Assembly: GCA_044220955.1 (NCBI GenBank)
Contig: JBGAQA010000124.1
Location: forward strand, 1 to 17,766
From: Sandaracinaceae bacterium
Lineage (GTDB): Bacteria; Myxococcota_A; Polyangia; Polyangiales; Sandaracinaceae
Direction: 5' to 3'
Length of the DNA stretch: 17,766 nucleotides
Shown here: piece by piece, positions 1-8,632 of the stretch
Layout of the letters: each line of letters opens with the position of its first letter
How positions within the stretch are numbered: position 1 is the first letter of the stretch
Notes under the pieces: model-generated
What the model saw: only the letters and a program-made list of their open reading frames with translations
Databases searched by the model: none
Told to the model about the DNA's origin: nothing
Position numbers and translations under genes: made by a program

Positions 1-2351
1 ATCGCGCTTCCCTCGGCCGGCAAGCTGAGCAGGAAGCGCGACGCGCCGAGGCCCGTCCCGAGCGTCGCGGTGCCCGCGCCTGCGACGAGGTCGAGGTGCG
101 TGGCCGATCCGCGGATCGTCGAGACGAGGCCGTCGATCGGGCGATCCGTGATCGCCCCTCCGCGCCGGAGCGCGACGACGGCGACCTCGTCGTCGGCCTC
201 GCTGGTCCACGCGACGACGTAGAGGTCGTCCTGTACGAGGAGCGGCACGCGCCGGCCGCGCCGCATGGCCGCCGAGCCGAGGCGCGCGCGCGCGACGTCC
301 GCGACGTGATCGTGGAGCGCCCGCTGCGCCGCGCTCATCGTGGTCGCGCCGCCCATCGCGAGGGACGCGAGCGAGCCCTCCCAGATCATGTCCCGGCGGT
401 TGTCCGGGTCGTTGCCGCCGGGGATCGCGATCTCGTCGCCGTAGTAGAGGAACGGGATGCCGGGCATCGCGAAGAGCGCGGTGAACGCGCGCGCGATGCG
501 GCCGTAGACGGCGGGGTCGCTGGACGTGCCCGGCAGCGTGCCACAAGCGCCGCCCGGCCAGCGGCAGTCCTGCGTGGGATCGAGCGCGGCGCGCGACGCG
601 ATGCGGTTGGTGTCGTGGGTCCCGAGGAAACGAACGTGCAGGCCGCCCGGGCGATAGCGCGTCTCCATGTCGCGCACGACGGCCTCGAGCGCGGTGAAGC
701 CCATCGACCCGTCGACGAGGCCGTGCTCCATGCGGTGGCTCGACGGGAAGTCGAACTGCCCGTCGAGGGCGTGCGGGCCGACGTAGGCGTCGATCCACTC
801 GTAACCGTTGCCGTAGCTCTGGCCGCAGCCGTAGTCGATGGAGTCGAACTCGCCGACCGCCGTCTCGCCGACCATGTAGAGGCGCGTGCCCCCCTGCTCG
901 AAGCGGCGCGAGAGCTCTGCGCGGAGGTCGTACACGGAGCTCGGCTCGACGTGCTTGACCGCGTCGACGCGGAACCCGTCGAGACCATACGCGTCGATCC
1001 AGCTCACGGCGTCGGCGATGAACTGGTGCTCCGTCGCGGGCACGCGCCAGTCGATGTCGGGCAGATAGCTCGCGAAGAGGCAGTCGAGCGGTCGCTCGCT
1101 CCAGCCGCAGCCCGGATCGATCCCGCAGACGCAGCCGGTGCGGAACCACTCGGGGTGCGCGACGAAGTACTCGTGCTGCTCGTGCACCTGGTTGTTGATC
1201 AGGTCGAGCAGCACGCGGATACCGCGGCGGTGGGCCTCGTCGACGAGGTCTCGCAGCGCATCGCCGCCCCCGAAGCGTGGCTCGACGCTGCGGGCGCGCG
1301 AGGGCCAGTAGCCGTGGTATCCGGCGTACTCCATCCCGTCGTTGCCCGGGTAGTGGCCCGTGGCCTGCTGGTTGATCGGCGAGAGCCAGAGCGTGTTCAC
1401 GCCGAGCGACTCGAAGTAGCCCGACCGCATCGCCGCCAGCACGCCCGGCAGGTCGCCGCCGTGGAAGTCCGCCGCGCGCTCCACGGGCGCGCCGACTGGA
1501 CCGTCGCTCGCCGCATGACCGTTCGCGAAGCGGTCGACGACGATCATGTACATCGAGGCGTCGCGCCACGACCACGCGTGCTCCTCGGTCCAGAACACGA
1601 GATCCACCGGCTCGGCGGCGCGGGCCATCGCGTCGGTCGCGCGCACCGCCAGCACGTGGCGGCCCGGCGAGAGATCGTCCATCGCGACGTCGAAGGCGCC
1701 GTGCTCGGGATCGAGCGTGCCGGCGACGTCGGCGCCGTCGAGGGTGAACGTCACGCGGCTCGGCAGGACGCCGTCGTGGGCGGCGAGCACGGTGACGCGT
1801 GCGCGCGCGGTGCCGCGATCCGTCGCGGCGTCGTAGGTGGTGACCACGGGCGCACCGACGATCTCCGGGCCCGCGTCGCACGCCGGGGCCAGGAACGCCG
1901 AGTTGAGGCACGCGCCGTCGTACCTCCGGTACGCCGCGTCGGGATCCAGGATCCACGTGCCGTCGACGACGAACTTGTAGGCGTGGAGCTGGCCCGGCAC
2001 GAGGCCGTCGGCCGCGCCGAGCGTGATCTCGAACGCGCCGTCCCCGTCGAGGTCGCTCATCGCGCGGGGCGTCCAGGCGCCGAAGTCGCCTGCGACCGCG
2101 ACGCTCGTCCCGCCGCCCGACCAGCGCAGCGTGACGTCGCACGAGCGCACGCCCCAGGTCGCGGCGCCGGCGTCGATGGGCGGGCCGGCGTCGTCGCCCG
2201 CGTCGGGCGCGCCGTCGCGCGCCAGCCCCGCGTCTCCACGGACGAACGCGTCGGTGCCGCCGTCGAACGACTGCGTCGGTGCGCTCGCGCAGCCGGCCCA
2301 AGGAGCGGTGCTCGCGAGCAGCAGGACCGCTATGCTGGACGCTCTTCGCAT
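1..2351 (-). CDS. Predicted lipoprotein alpha-amylase family (GH13) enzyme: signal peptide/lipobox, DAG-rich linker, CBM48-like domain, Ig-like domain, GH13 catalytic domain; 3' end runs off the window
   Basis: Hand-translated from ATG 2351: MRRASSIAVLLLASTAPWAGC (lipobox-like WAGC). CBM48-like VAVAGDFGAW...YKFVVDGTWILDP. GH13 motifs YMIVVDRFANG, FHGGDLPG, LGVNTLWLSP, GYHGYWP, DGFRVDAVKH (Asp 963-965), YMVGET (Glu 864-866), FLGTHD (Asp 612-614), PGIPFLYYGDE. No stop seen before position 1. The ORF track shows only its antisense shadow (96..2444). Confidence 0.93.
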   Translation of the reverse strand, partial: MRRASSIAVLLLASTAPWAGCASAPTQSFDGGTDAFVRGDAGLARDGAPDAGDDAGPPIDAGAATWGVRSCDVTLRWSGGGTSVAVAGDFGAWTPRAMSDLDGDGAFEITLGAADGLVPGQLHAYKFVVDGTWILDPDAAYRRYDGACLNSAFLAPACDAGPEIVGAPVVTTYDAATDRGTARARVTVLAAHDGVLPSRVTFTLDGADVAGTLDPEHGAFDVAMDDLSPGRHVLAVRATDAMARAAEPVDLVFWTEEHAWSWRDASMYMIVVDRFANGHAASDGPVGAPVERAADFHGGDLPGVLAAMRSGYFESLGVNTLWLSPINQQATGHYPGNDGMEYAGYHGYWPSRARSVEPRFGGGDALRDLVDEAHRRGIRVLLDLINNQVHEQHEYFVAHPEWFRTGCVCGIDPGCGWSERPLDCLFASYLPDIDWRVPATEHQFIADAVSWIDAYGLDGFRVDAVKHVEPSSVYDLRAELSRRFEQGGTRLYMVGETAVGEFDSIDYGCGQSYGNGYEWIDAYVGPHALDGQFDFPSSHRMEHGLVDGSMGFTALEAVVRDMETRYRPGGLHVRFLGTHDTNRIASRAALDPTQDCRWPGGACGTLPGTSSDPAVYGRIARAFTALFAMPGIPFLYYGDEIAIPGGNDPDNRRDMIWEGSLASLAMGGATTMSAAQRALHDHVADVARARLGSAAMRRGRRVPLLVQDDLYVVAWTSEADDEVAVVALRRGGAITDRPIDGLVSTIRGSATHLDLVAGAGTATLGTGLGASRFLLSLPAEGSA

Positions 2352-2401
2352 CGACGATGCATGGTGGCCGCTCCCCTCGCGGGCGTCCACACGGAGGCTC
2401 G

Positions 2402-5080
2402 GTGGCAGTCAGGCTCGATCGACCCGCGCTCCTCTCGCTCGTGATGGCGCTGGCGGGGTGCGGCCCCACGACCACGCCCGGGGTCGACGCCGCGACCGAC
2501 GGGGGCGTGCCCGCGATGGACACGGGGCTCGACGCAGCGCCCGACGCGCCCGCACCCGTCGACGTCGGACCGGACGCGAACGTGGACGCCGGGCCCATCG
2601 ACTGCGTCACGGCGCCCGCCGCGACCCCGGGCAGCGACGCGCTCGACGACACGCTCGGGCGCGCGACCGTGACCATCGACGACCGCAGCGCATGCCGACG
2701 GACGTACACGATCGACAGCAACGCCGTGCGCCGCGACATGCTCCCTGCGGGCCCGCGCGTCGTCATCGAGCGCTCGGGCACGCCCACGCTTCGCACGGGA
2801 AGCGATCTCTTCGACGCGCTCTTCGCCCTCGCGCTCGACGAGGTCCACGAGGCGAGCGTCGCGTCGATCTCCGACGGCGCGTTCGACTCGGGACGCGCGC
2901 TCCCCTGCCCGAGCGGCGGCTGCTTCGAGACGGGACGTCTCTGGACGTACGTGTGGACGCGCGACACGTCGTTCTCGGTCGACCTCTCGCTCGCCGCGAT
3001 CGATCCGCTCCGCGCGCTCAACTCGCTCTCGTTCAAGCTCAGCGAGCGGCGCGGCGGGGGGGGCATGCAGGTCGTGCAGGACACCGGCTCCGGCGGGAGC
3101 TATCCGGTCTCGAGCGATCGCGTCGTCTGGGCGCTCGCGGCGGCGCGGCTCCTTCCGGAGCTCGAGGGCGCGGACCACGACGCGTTCCGGGATCGCGCGT
3201 ACGCGGCGCTCTCGGCCACGCTCGCTCACGATCGCGAGGCCGTCTTCGACGCGAGCACCGGCCTCTACCGCGGCGAGACCTCGTTCCTCGACTGGCGCGA
3301 GCAGACATACCCCGCGTTCACCGCGGGCGACGTCACGCCGATCGCCGACGGCGAGGCGCTCTCGACGAACGTCCTGCACCTCGAGGCGCTGCGCGCGGCC
3401 TCCGCGCTCGCGGCCCAGCGCGGCGACGCGGGCGAGCACGACCGGCTCGCGACCCAGGCCTCGGAGCTGGCGACGCGCATCCACGCGACCTTCTGGGACG
3501 ACTCGGCGGGCGAGCTCTCCGCGCTCCTCCCGGGCACGCTCGATCGCGCACCCGTGCGCCGCCGCGATCTGCTCGGCACCTCGCTCGCGATCCTGGCGGG
3601 GGTCGTGAGCCCGTCCGAGGGACGGCGCGCGCTCTCGGCCTACCCGCACTTCGCGCGCGGCGCGCCGGTGATCGCGCCACAGCAGCAGCAGACGGCCATC
3701 TATCACGACCGCGCGCAGTGGCCCTTCGTCACGGCCTACGAGGCGCTCGCGGCGCGCGAGGTCGGGCACGCCGGCGCGATGACGCACGCCGTGCGCACGC
3801 TCGTGCGCGGGGCGGCGCTCAGCCTCTCGAACGTGGAGAACTACGAGCTGCCCTCCGGCCTGCCGTACGTGATGGACGGCGCGTTCTCGGGGCCCGTCGT
3901 GAGCTCGCAGCGGCAGCTCTGGAGCGTCGCCGGCTGGATCGGCATGGTGACGCGCGGCCTCTTCGGCCTGGACGCGCAGGAGGACGGCCTGCACGTCGCG
4001 CCGTACCTCCCTGCCGACGTCCTGAGCGAGCACTTCGCGGGGCAGCGCGAGCTGACCCTGGTGAGCTGGCCCGCGCGCGGACGGCGCGTCACGGTGGTGC
4101 TCCACCTGCCCGCGAGCGCCGCGCCCGCGGGCGGCGAGTACGTCAGCTCCACGATCCGGGTCGACGGCAGCCCGGCGGCGAGCCCGGTCCCGTGGGGCAC
4201 CCTGCAGGGCGCGAGCCGGATCGACGTCGATCTGGTGGGGAGCGCGGGCGCGAGCGCGACGGTCCGCGCGGTGGACCCGGCCGACTGGCACGACGTGTAC
4301 GGTCCGCGCACGCCCGCCGTCTCGGCGATCACGGTCGAGAGCGGCCACCTGCGGCTCGCCTTCGACCTCGGCGGCGAGCCGTCCGCCGACGTGACCGTGG
4401 CCGTGTACCGCGACGGCGCGCGCATCGCGGACGGGCTGACGACGGCGAGCTACCTCGACGCGAGCGTCGATGCGTCCTCGCCGCGCACGCCTTGCTACGC
4501 GATCGAGACCTGCTTCGGCGGCCACGGCGGGGCGCCACCCAGCTGCTCGCAGCACTCCGCGCCCGCGTGCTTCTGGGGAGCGGCGGGCGAGCGCGTGGCC
4601 GTGATCGACGCCTCGAGCTTCGCCGCGACCGGCGGCGCACCCGCCAGTGATCACGGCCGCTTCCACTACGAGGCGTGGGGCGATCCCGGCCACCGGCTCG
4701 ACGTCTCGGGCATCCGCCCGGCGCAGACCGGCGAGTACCTGATCCAGCTGACGTACGGCAACGGCTCCGGACCGATCAGCACGGGCGTCACGTGCGCGGT
4801 CAAGCGCGTCGTCGTCGAGGACGAGGTGAGCCATGCGATCGTCGGCACCGGCGTCGTCGTCATGCCCCAGCTCGGGGACTGGGACCGCTGGGCCGGCTCG
4901 ACGTTCGTGCGCGTATCGCTCGACGCGTCGCGCACCTACCACCTCGCCATCGTCGGCGACGACACCACCGTCAACATGAGCGCGTTCGACCACTTCGCGC
5001 GCTACACCGCCGGCACCGGCGGCGCGAGCGGCCGCTTCGAGCGCGTGAACGTCGCGGACCTGCGCCTCTTGGCGCTCTGA
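2402..5080 (+). CDS. Predicted lipoprotein six-hairpin (alpha/alpha)6 glycoside hydrolase (amylo-alpha-1,6-glucosidase/MGH1-like) with FN3/Ig-like and C-terminal CBM6/CBM35-like domains
   Basis: Part of ORF 2279..5080. Start moved to GTG 2402 (GGAGG at 2393-2397) to avoid overlap with the GH13 gene, giving MAVRLDRPALLSLVMALAGC (lipobox LAGC). Motifs FETGRLWTYVWTRDTSFS, QDTGSGGSYPVSSDRVVW, YRGETSFLDWREQTYP, YHDRAQWPFV, SNVENY, QLWSVAG. C-terminal GEYLIQLTYGNG...VVMPQLGDWDRW resembles CBM35-like modules. Exact GH family not resolvable by eye. Confidence 0.8.
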   Translation: MAVRLDRPALLSLVMALAGCGPTTTPGVDAATDGGVPAMDTGLDAAPDAPAPVDVGPDANVDAGPIDCVTAPAATPGSDALDDTLGRATVTIDDRSACRRTYTIDSNAVRRDMLPAGPRVVIERSGTPTLRTGSDLFDALFALALDEVHEASVASISDGAFDSGRALPCPSGGCFETGRLWTYVWTRDTSFSVDLSLAAIDPLRALNSLSFKLSERRGGGGMQVVQDTGSGGSYPVSSDRVVWALAAARLLPELEGADHDAFRDRAYAALSATLAHDREAVFDASTGLYRGETSFLDWREQTYPAFTAGDVTPIADGEALSTNVLHLEALRAASALAAQRGDAGEHDRLATQASELATRIHATFWDDSAGELSALLPGTLDRAPVRRRDLLGTSLAILAGVVSPSEGRRALSAYPHFARGAPVIAPQQQQTAIYHDRAQWPFVTAYEALAAREVGHAGAMTHAVRTLVRGAALSLSNVENYELPSGLPYVMDGAFSGPVVSSQRQLWSVAGWIGMVTRGLFGLDAQEDGLHVAPYLPADVLSEHFAGQRELTLVSWPARGRRVTVVLHLPASAAPAGGEYVSSTIRVDGSPAASPVPWGTLQGASRIDVDLVGSAGASATVRAVDPADWHDVYGPRTPAVSAITVESGHLRLAFDLGGEPSADVTVAVYRDGARIADGLTTASYLDASVDASSPRTPCYAIETCFGGHGGAPPSCSQHSAPACFWGAAGERVAVIDASSFAATGGAPASDHGRFHYEAWGDPGHRLDVSGIRPAQTGEYLIQLTYGNGSGPISTGVTCAVKRVVVEDEVSHAIVGTGVVVMPQLGDWDRWAGSTFVRVSLDASRTYHLAIVGDDTTVNMSAFDHFARYTAGTGGASGRFERVNVADLRLLAL

Positions 5081-5116
5081 GCGCGCGGTCGCCCCCGCGA
5101 GTCGCGCCGGGTCGGC

Positions 5117-5797
5117 TCAGGCGGCCGTGGAGCCCGCGGAGCGCCTGCCCTCGGCCCAGCCCTGGGCCCCGACGAGCGGCACGAACCTCACGGCCGCCAG
5201 CTCCTCCTCGCGGAGCGCATCGCCCTCGCGCGTCACGCGCACCAGCTGCTGCTCCGCGAGCGTCGCGCCGACGGGCATGACCAGCCGTCCGCCGGGCGCG
5301 AGCTGCGCGAGGAGCGCCTCCGGCACGCCGGGGCCCGCCGCGGCGACGACGATCGCGTCGAAGGGCGCGTACCCGGGGGCGCCGAGCGTTCCGTCTCCCT
5401 CGAGGATCCGCACGTTGGCGAAGCCGAGGCGCGCGAGGCGCTCGGCGGCCTCGCGCGCGAGCGACGCGTGGCGCTCGATCGTGATCACCTCGCGCGCCAT
5501 GCGCGCGAGGATCGCGGCGGCGTAGCCCGAGCCGGTGCCGACCTCGAGGACGCGCTCACGGCCCTCGAGGTGCAGTGCCTCCACCATCGCCGCGACGATG
5601 TAGGGCTGCGAGATGGTCTGGCCCTCGGCGATCGGCAGCGGCGCGTCGTCGTGGGCCTCGTCGACGAGCTCGGGCGGGACGAACGCCTCGCGCGGCACCT
5701 CGAGGAACGCCGCGAGGAGGCGGCGATCGGCGATGCCGCGCCGCGCGATCTGCCGGTCCACCATCCGGGCTCGGGCGAGCTCGCGCGCTGTCGTCAC
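5117..5797 (-). CDS. pcm: Protein-L-isoaspartate(D-aspartate) O-methyltransferase
   Basis: RMVDRQIARRGI, VPREAFVP, LPIAEGQTISQPYIVA, VLEVGTGSGYAAA, APFDAIVVAAA, QLAPGGRLVMPVG, VRFVPLVG. Start trimmed from 6109 to GTG 5797 (ATG 5764 is an alternative). Confidence 0.95.
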   Translation of the reverse strand: MTTARELARARMVDRQIARRGIADRRLLAAFLEVPREAFVPPELVDEAHDDAPLPIAEGQTISQPYIVAAMVEALHLEGRERVLEVGTGSGYAAAILARMAREVITIERHASLAREAAERLARLGFANVRILEGDGTLGAPGYAPFDAIVVAAAGPGVPEALLAQLAPGGRLVMPVGATLAEQQLVRVTREGDALREEELAAVRFVPLVGAQGWAEGRRSAGSTAA

Positions 5798-5885
5798 GCT
5801 CTCATCGGTACACACGCGCCCCCGGCCCGTCCACCCCCCCGATCGGCGCGCATTCCGCGCGCGGCCTGCTACATACGCCGCCGCC

Positions 5886-7925
5886 GTGAGCACCGTCGTA
5901 CTCGAAGACGTCTCCCTCTCCTTCGGAGCGCGCCCCATCCTCGACGGGCTCTCCCTGCGAATCGCGGAGGGGGACCGCATCGGGCTGATCGGGCCGAACG
6001 GCTCGGGCAAGAGCACGCTCTTGCGCATCCTGGCCGGGGAGCAGCAGCCCGACTCGGGGACGGTCCGCACGGCACGCGGGGTGCGCATCGGCTGGCTGCC
6101 CCAGGACATCGCCGTCGGCGGCGGCCAGGCGCTCCTGCCCTTCGTGATGAAGAGCGTCCCGGGGCGCGCGGCGCTCGAGGCCGATCTCGCGGCGGCCGAG
6201 GCGATGGTCGAGGATCTCGCGACGAAGGAGGCGCACGACGAGATCGTGGCGGCCTCCGAGCGGCTCGCCGACCTGCACGCCGAGCTCGCGCGCTTCGACG
6301 CGCACTACTCCGAGCACGAGGCGATGAAGATCCTCGCGGGGCTCGGGTTCCGCACCGAGGAGAATGGTCGGGACCTGGGCGAGCTCAGCGGCGGCTGGAA
6401 GATGCGCGCGGTGCTCGCCGCCCTGCTCTTCTCGCGTCCGGACGTGCTCTTGCTCGACGAGCCGACCAACCACCTCGACATGCCCTCGGTCGCGTGGTTC
6501 GCCGACTTCTTGAAGGCGTATTCGCGCGCGTTCGTCCTGATCTCGCACGACCGCGAGTTCCTCAACGAGCAGATCGCGCGCGTGGTGACCTTCGAGGTCG
6601 AGGGCGTGCGCCAGTACCCGGGCAACTACGAGCGCTACCTCGTGCAGCGGGCCGAGGAAGAGGAGATCCTCGAGAACAAGGCCAAGAACCTCGAGCGCGA
6701 GCGGGAGAAGGCCGAGCAGTTCATCAACCGCTTCCGCGCACAGGCGACCAAGGCGCGCGCCGTCCAGAGCCGAATCAAGGCGCTCGACAAGATGGAGTCG
6801 GCCGAGACGTACCGGAAGCGGCGCACGATGGCGTTCACGTTTCCGGAGGCCCAGCGCGCGGGGCACGAGGTGGTGCGCATCGACGGCGTCGGCAAGAGCT
6901 ATGGCGAGCACCGCGTGCTGCGCGACGTGACGCTGCGCGCGTACCGCGACGATCGCATCGGCATCATCGGGCCGAACGGCGCCGGCAAGACGACGCTCCT
7001 CAAGATGATCGCCGGCGAGATCGAGACGAGCGCCGGCGCGATCACGCTGGGGCACTCGGTCACGCCCGGCTACTACGCGCAGCACCACGCCGAGCTCTTG
7101 ACCGCGAAGAACACGGTGCTCGACGAGGTGGCGTCGGAGAATCGCGAGGTCGGCCAGACGCGCGTGCGCAGCGTGCTGGGCGCGTTCCTCTTCAGCGGGG
7201 ACGACGTCGACAAGACCGTCCAGGTGCTCAGCGGCGGCGAGCGCGCGCGCGTGGCGCTGGCGAAGCTCCTGGTCCGCCCCGGCAACCTGCTCCTGCTCGA
7301 CGAGCCGACGAACCACCTCGACCTCGACTCGTGCGAGAGCCTCATCGAGTCGCTCGGCGGGTTCGGGGGCACGATGGTCTTCGTCAGCCACAACCGCGCG
7401 CTCATCCGCCGGCTCGCGACGAAGATCTGGGTCGTCGAGGGCGGGACGGTCACCGAGTACATGGGAACGCTCGACGACTACATGGCCCGCGAGCGCCAGA
7501 AGCTGCAGCAGGCGGCCAAGGACGCGACCGCCCTGAAGCAGTCCTCCGCGCCCGCCAGGAGCAAGTCGCCGACGCACCCGCCGCCGAGGCCCGACGCGCG
7601 CCCGATCGCGGCGCCCGCTGCGGCACCCGTCGACGAGCGAGCGCGACGTCGCGACGAGGCGCACAAGCGCGAGCAGCGCAACAAGGTCATCGCGCCCCTC
7701 AAGAAGAAGGTCGAGGAGCTCGAGGCCCGCATCGCCGAGATCGAGACGAAGCAGGCCGAGCGCAACGCCAAGCTCTGCGACGCGACGGCGGTGCTCACCG
7801 ACAAGGAGCGCTTCGCGCTGCTCGATGGCCTGCAGGTCGATCAGAGCAAGCTGGACGAGCTGACGGAGCGCTGGGAGCACACGCAGAAGGAGCTGGACGA
7901 GAAGGAGCGGGGGCTGCTCAGCTGA
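5886..7925 (+). CDS. ABC-F family ATP-binding protein (ribosome-associated ATPase, YheS/YdiF/Uup-like) with C-terminal coiled coil
   Basis: Two ABC domains and no TM segments: GPNGSGKST/LSGGWKMR/LLLDEPTNHLD/SHDR and GPNGAGKTT/LSGGERAR/LLLDEPTNHLD/SHNR. ABC-F linker YPGNYERY...FINRFRAQATKARAVQSRIKALDK. Start trimmed to GTG 5886. Confidence 0.95.
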   Translation: MSTVVLEDVSLSFGARPILDGLSLRIAEGDRIGLIGPNGSGKSTLLRILAGEQQPDSGTVRTARGVRIGWLPQDIAVGGGQALLPFVMKSVPGRAALEADLAAAEAMVEDLATKEAHDEIVAASERLADLHAELARFDAHYSEHEAMKILAGLGFRTEENGRDLGELSGGWKMRAVLAALLFSRPDVLLLDEPTNHLDMPSVAWFADFLKAYSRAFVLISHDREFLNEQIARVVTFEVEGVRQYPGNYERYLVQRAEEEEILENKAKNLEREREKAEQFINRFRAQATKARAVQSRIKALDKMESAETYRKRRTMAFTFPEAQRAGHEVVRIDGVGKSYGEHRVLRDVTLRAYRDDRIGIIGPNGAGKTTLLKMIAGEIETSAGAITLGHSVTPGYYAQHHAELLTAKNTVLDEVASENREVGQTRVRSVLGAFLFSGDDVDKTVQVLSGGERARVALAKLLVRPGNLLLLDEPTNHLDLDSCESLIESLGGFGGTMVFVSHNRALIRRLATKIWVVEGGTVTEYMGTLDDYMARERQKLQQAAKDATALKQSSAPARSKSPTHPPPRPDARPIAAPAAAPVDERARRRDEAHKREQRNKVIAPLKKKVEELEARIAEIETKQAERNAKLCDATAVLTDKERFALLDGLQVDQSKLDELTERWEHTQKELDEKERGLLS

Positions 7926-7938
7926 GGTCGCTCTCGCC

Positions 7939-8568
7939 GTGACCTCCTTGGCCCGAATGGCGCTCGCCACCACCGCCGGTCTCGCGCTCGCCGCGACGGG
8001 CGGTGCGCTCGCCTCCGCCCAGGGTCCCGCGGCAGGTTCCGCCGCACGTCGCGCGCGACAGGGGGCGCTCGCGAACGTGTCGGCGTCGCTCTTCCTGCCG
8101 ACGCGCGCGAGCCGCCAGATCGACACCGTCTACCTGGACCTCGTCGCGGGCGTGGAGCTCTGGGAGCTGCTCGGCGTCGACCTCTACGCGGGAATCACCG
8201 TCGTGGCGGCGTCCGGCTTCGTCCTCCAGCCGGACGAGCTCCTCGCCGATCGCCGATACGATACGTCGGTCGCCGGTGCGGGCCCGACGTTCCTGTTCCG
8301 CGTCGAGCCGCTGCGTATCGAGGGCCTCTCGGTCGCGGCCGACGTCACCGGCTCGCTGCTCCTGTTCAGCGCGCGCTTCCCGCCGGGCGGCGACGTCTAC
8401 GACTTCGCCTGGCGAATCGGCGGGACGCTCGGCTACGCGCTCACTGCTGCGCTGCGCGTCGAGCTCTCCGTCCGCTGGATGCACACCTCGAACGGCCAAG
8501 GGATCGGCCCCTTCAACCCAGCGTACGAGGGGGTCGGCGGCTACCTCGGGACCCAGACCACGCTCTGA
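7939..8568 (+). CDS. Outer-membrane beta-barrel protein, PagL-like (lipid A 3-O-deacylase / acyloxyacyl hydrolase family)
   Basis: N-terminal signal peptide, alternating amphipathic strands, FPPGGDVYDF, and C-terminal RWMHTSNGQG..NP matching the PagL H-x-S-N catalytic motif. Confidence 0.65.
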   Translation: MTSLARMALATTAGLALAATGGALASAQGPAAGSAARRARQGALANVSASLFLPTRASRQIDTVYLDLVAGVELWELLGVDLYAGITVVAASGFVLQPDELLADRRYDTSVAGAGPTFLFRVEPLRIEGLSVAADVTGSLLLFSARFPPGGDVYDFAWRIGGTLGYALTAALRVELSVRWMHTSNGQGIGPFNPAYEGVGGYLGTQTTL

Positions 8569-8632
8569 CCGCGAGAGAACTTTTCCGGCAATTGGCCGTC
8601 CGAAGGAGGGCGCGGATACGATCGCGCCAGCC

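Noticed and set aside
96..2444. 782-aa plus-strand ORF
   Set aside because: Codon-aligned antisense shadow of the minus-strand GH13 gene; it has no motifs of its own.
2023..4993. Long ORFs 2023..4650 (+) and 2330..4993 (-)
   Set aside because: Arg/Ala-rich off-frame and antisense shadows of the six-hairpin glycosidase, expected where stop codons are scarce at very high GC.
5081..5116. Possible terminator between the convergent glycosidase and pcm genes
   Set aside because: Only short GC stems of the kind expected by chance, and no U-tract.
5886..7925. ABC-F as an antibiotic-resistance (ARE) factor or as a partner of the trp leader
   Set aside because: No upstream uORF or attenuator in the 88-nt gap, architecture fits housekeeping ABC-Fs, and nothing links it to the trp leader 5.5 kb away.
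5468..8126. ORFs 5468..7942 (+) and 5802..8126 (-)
   Set aside because: Off-frame and antisense shadows of the ABC-F gene.
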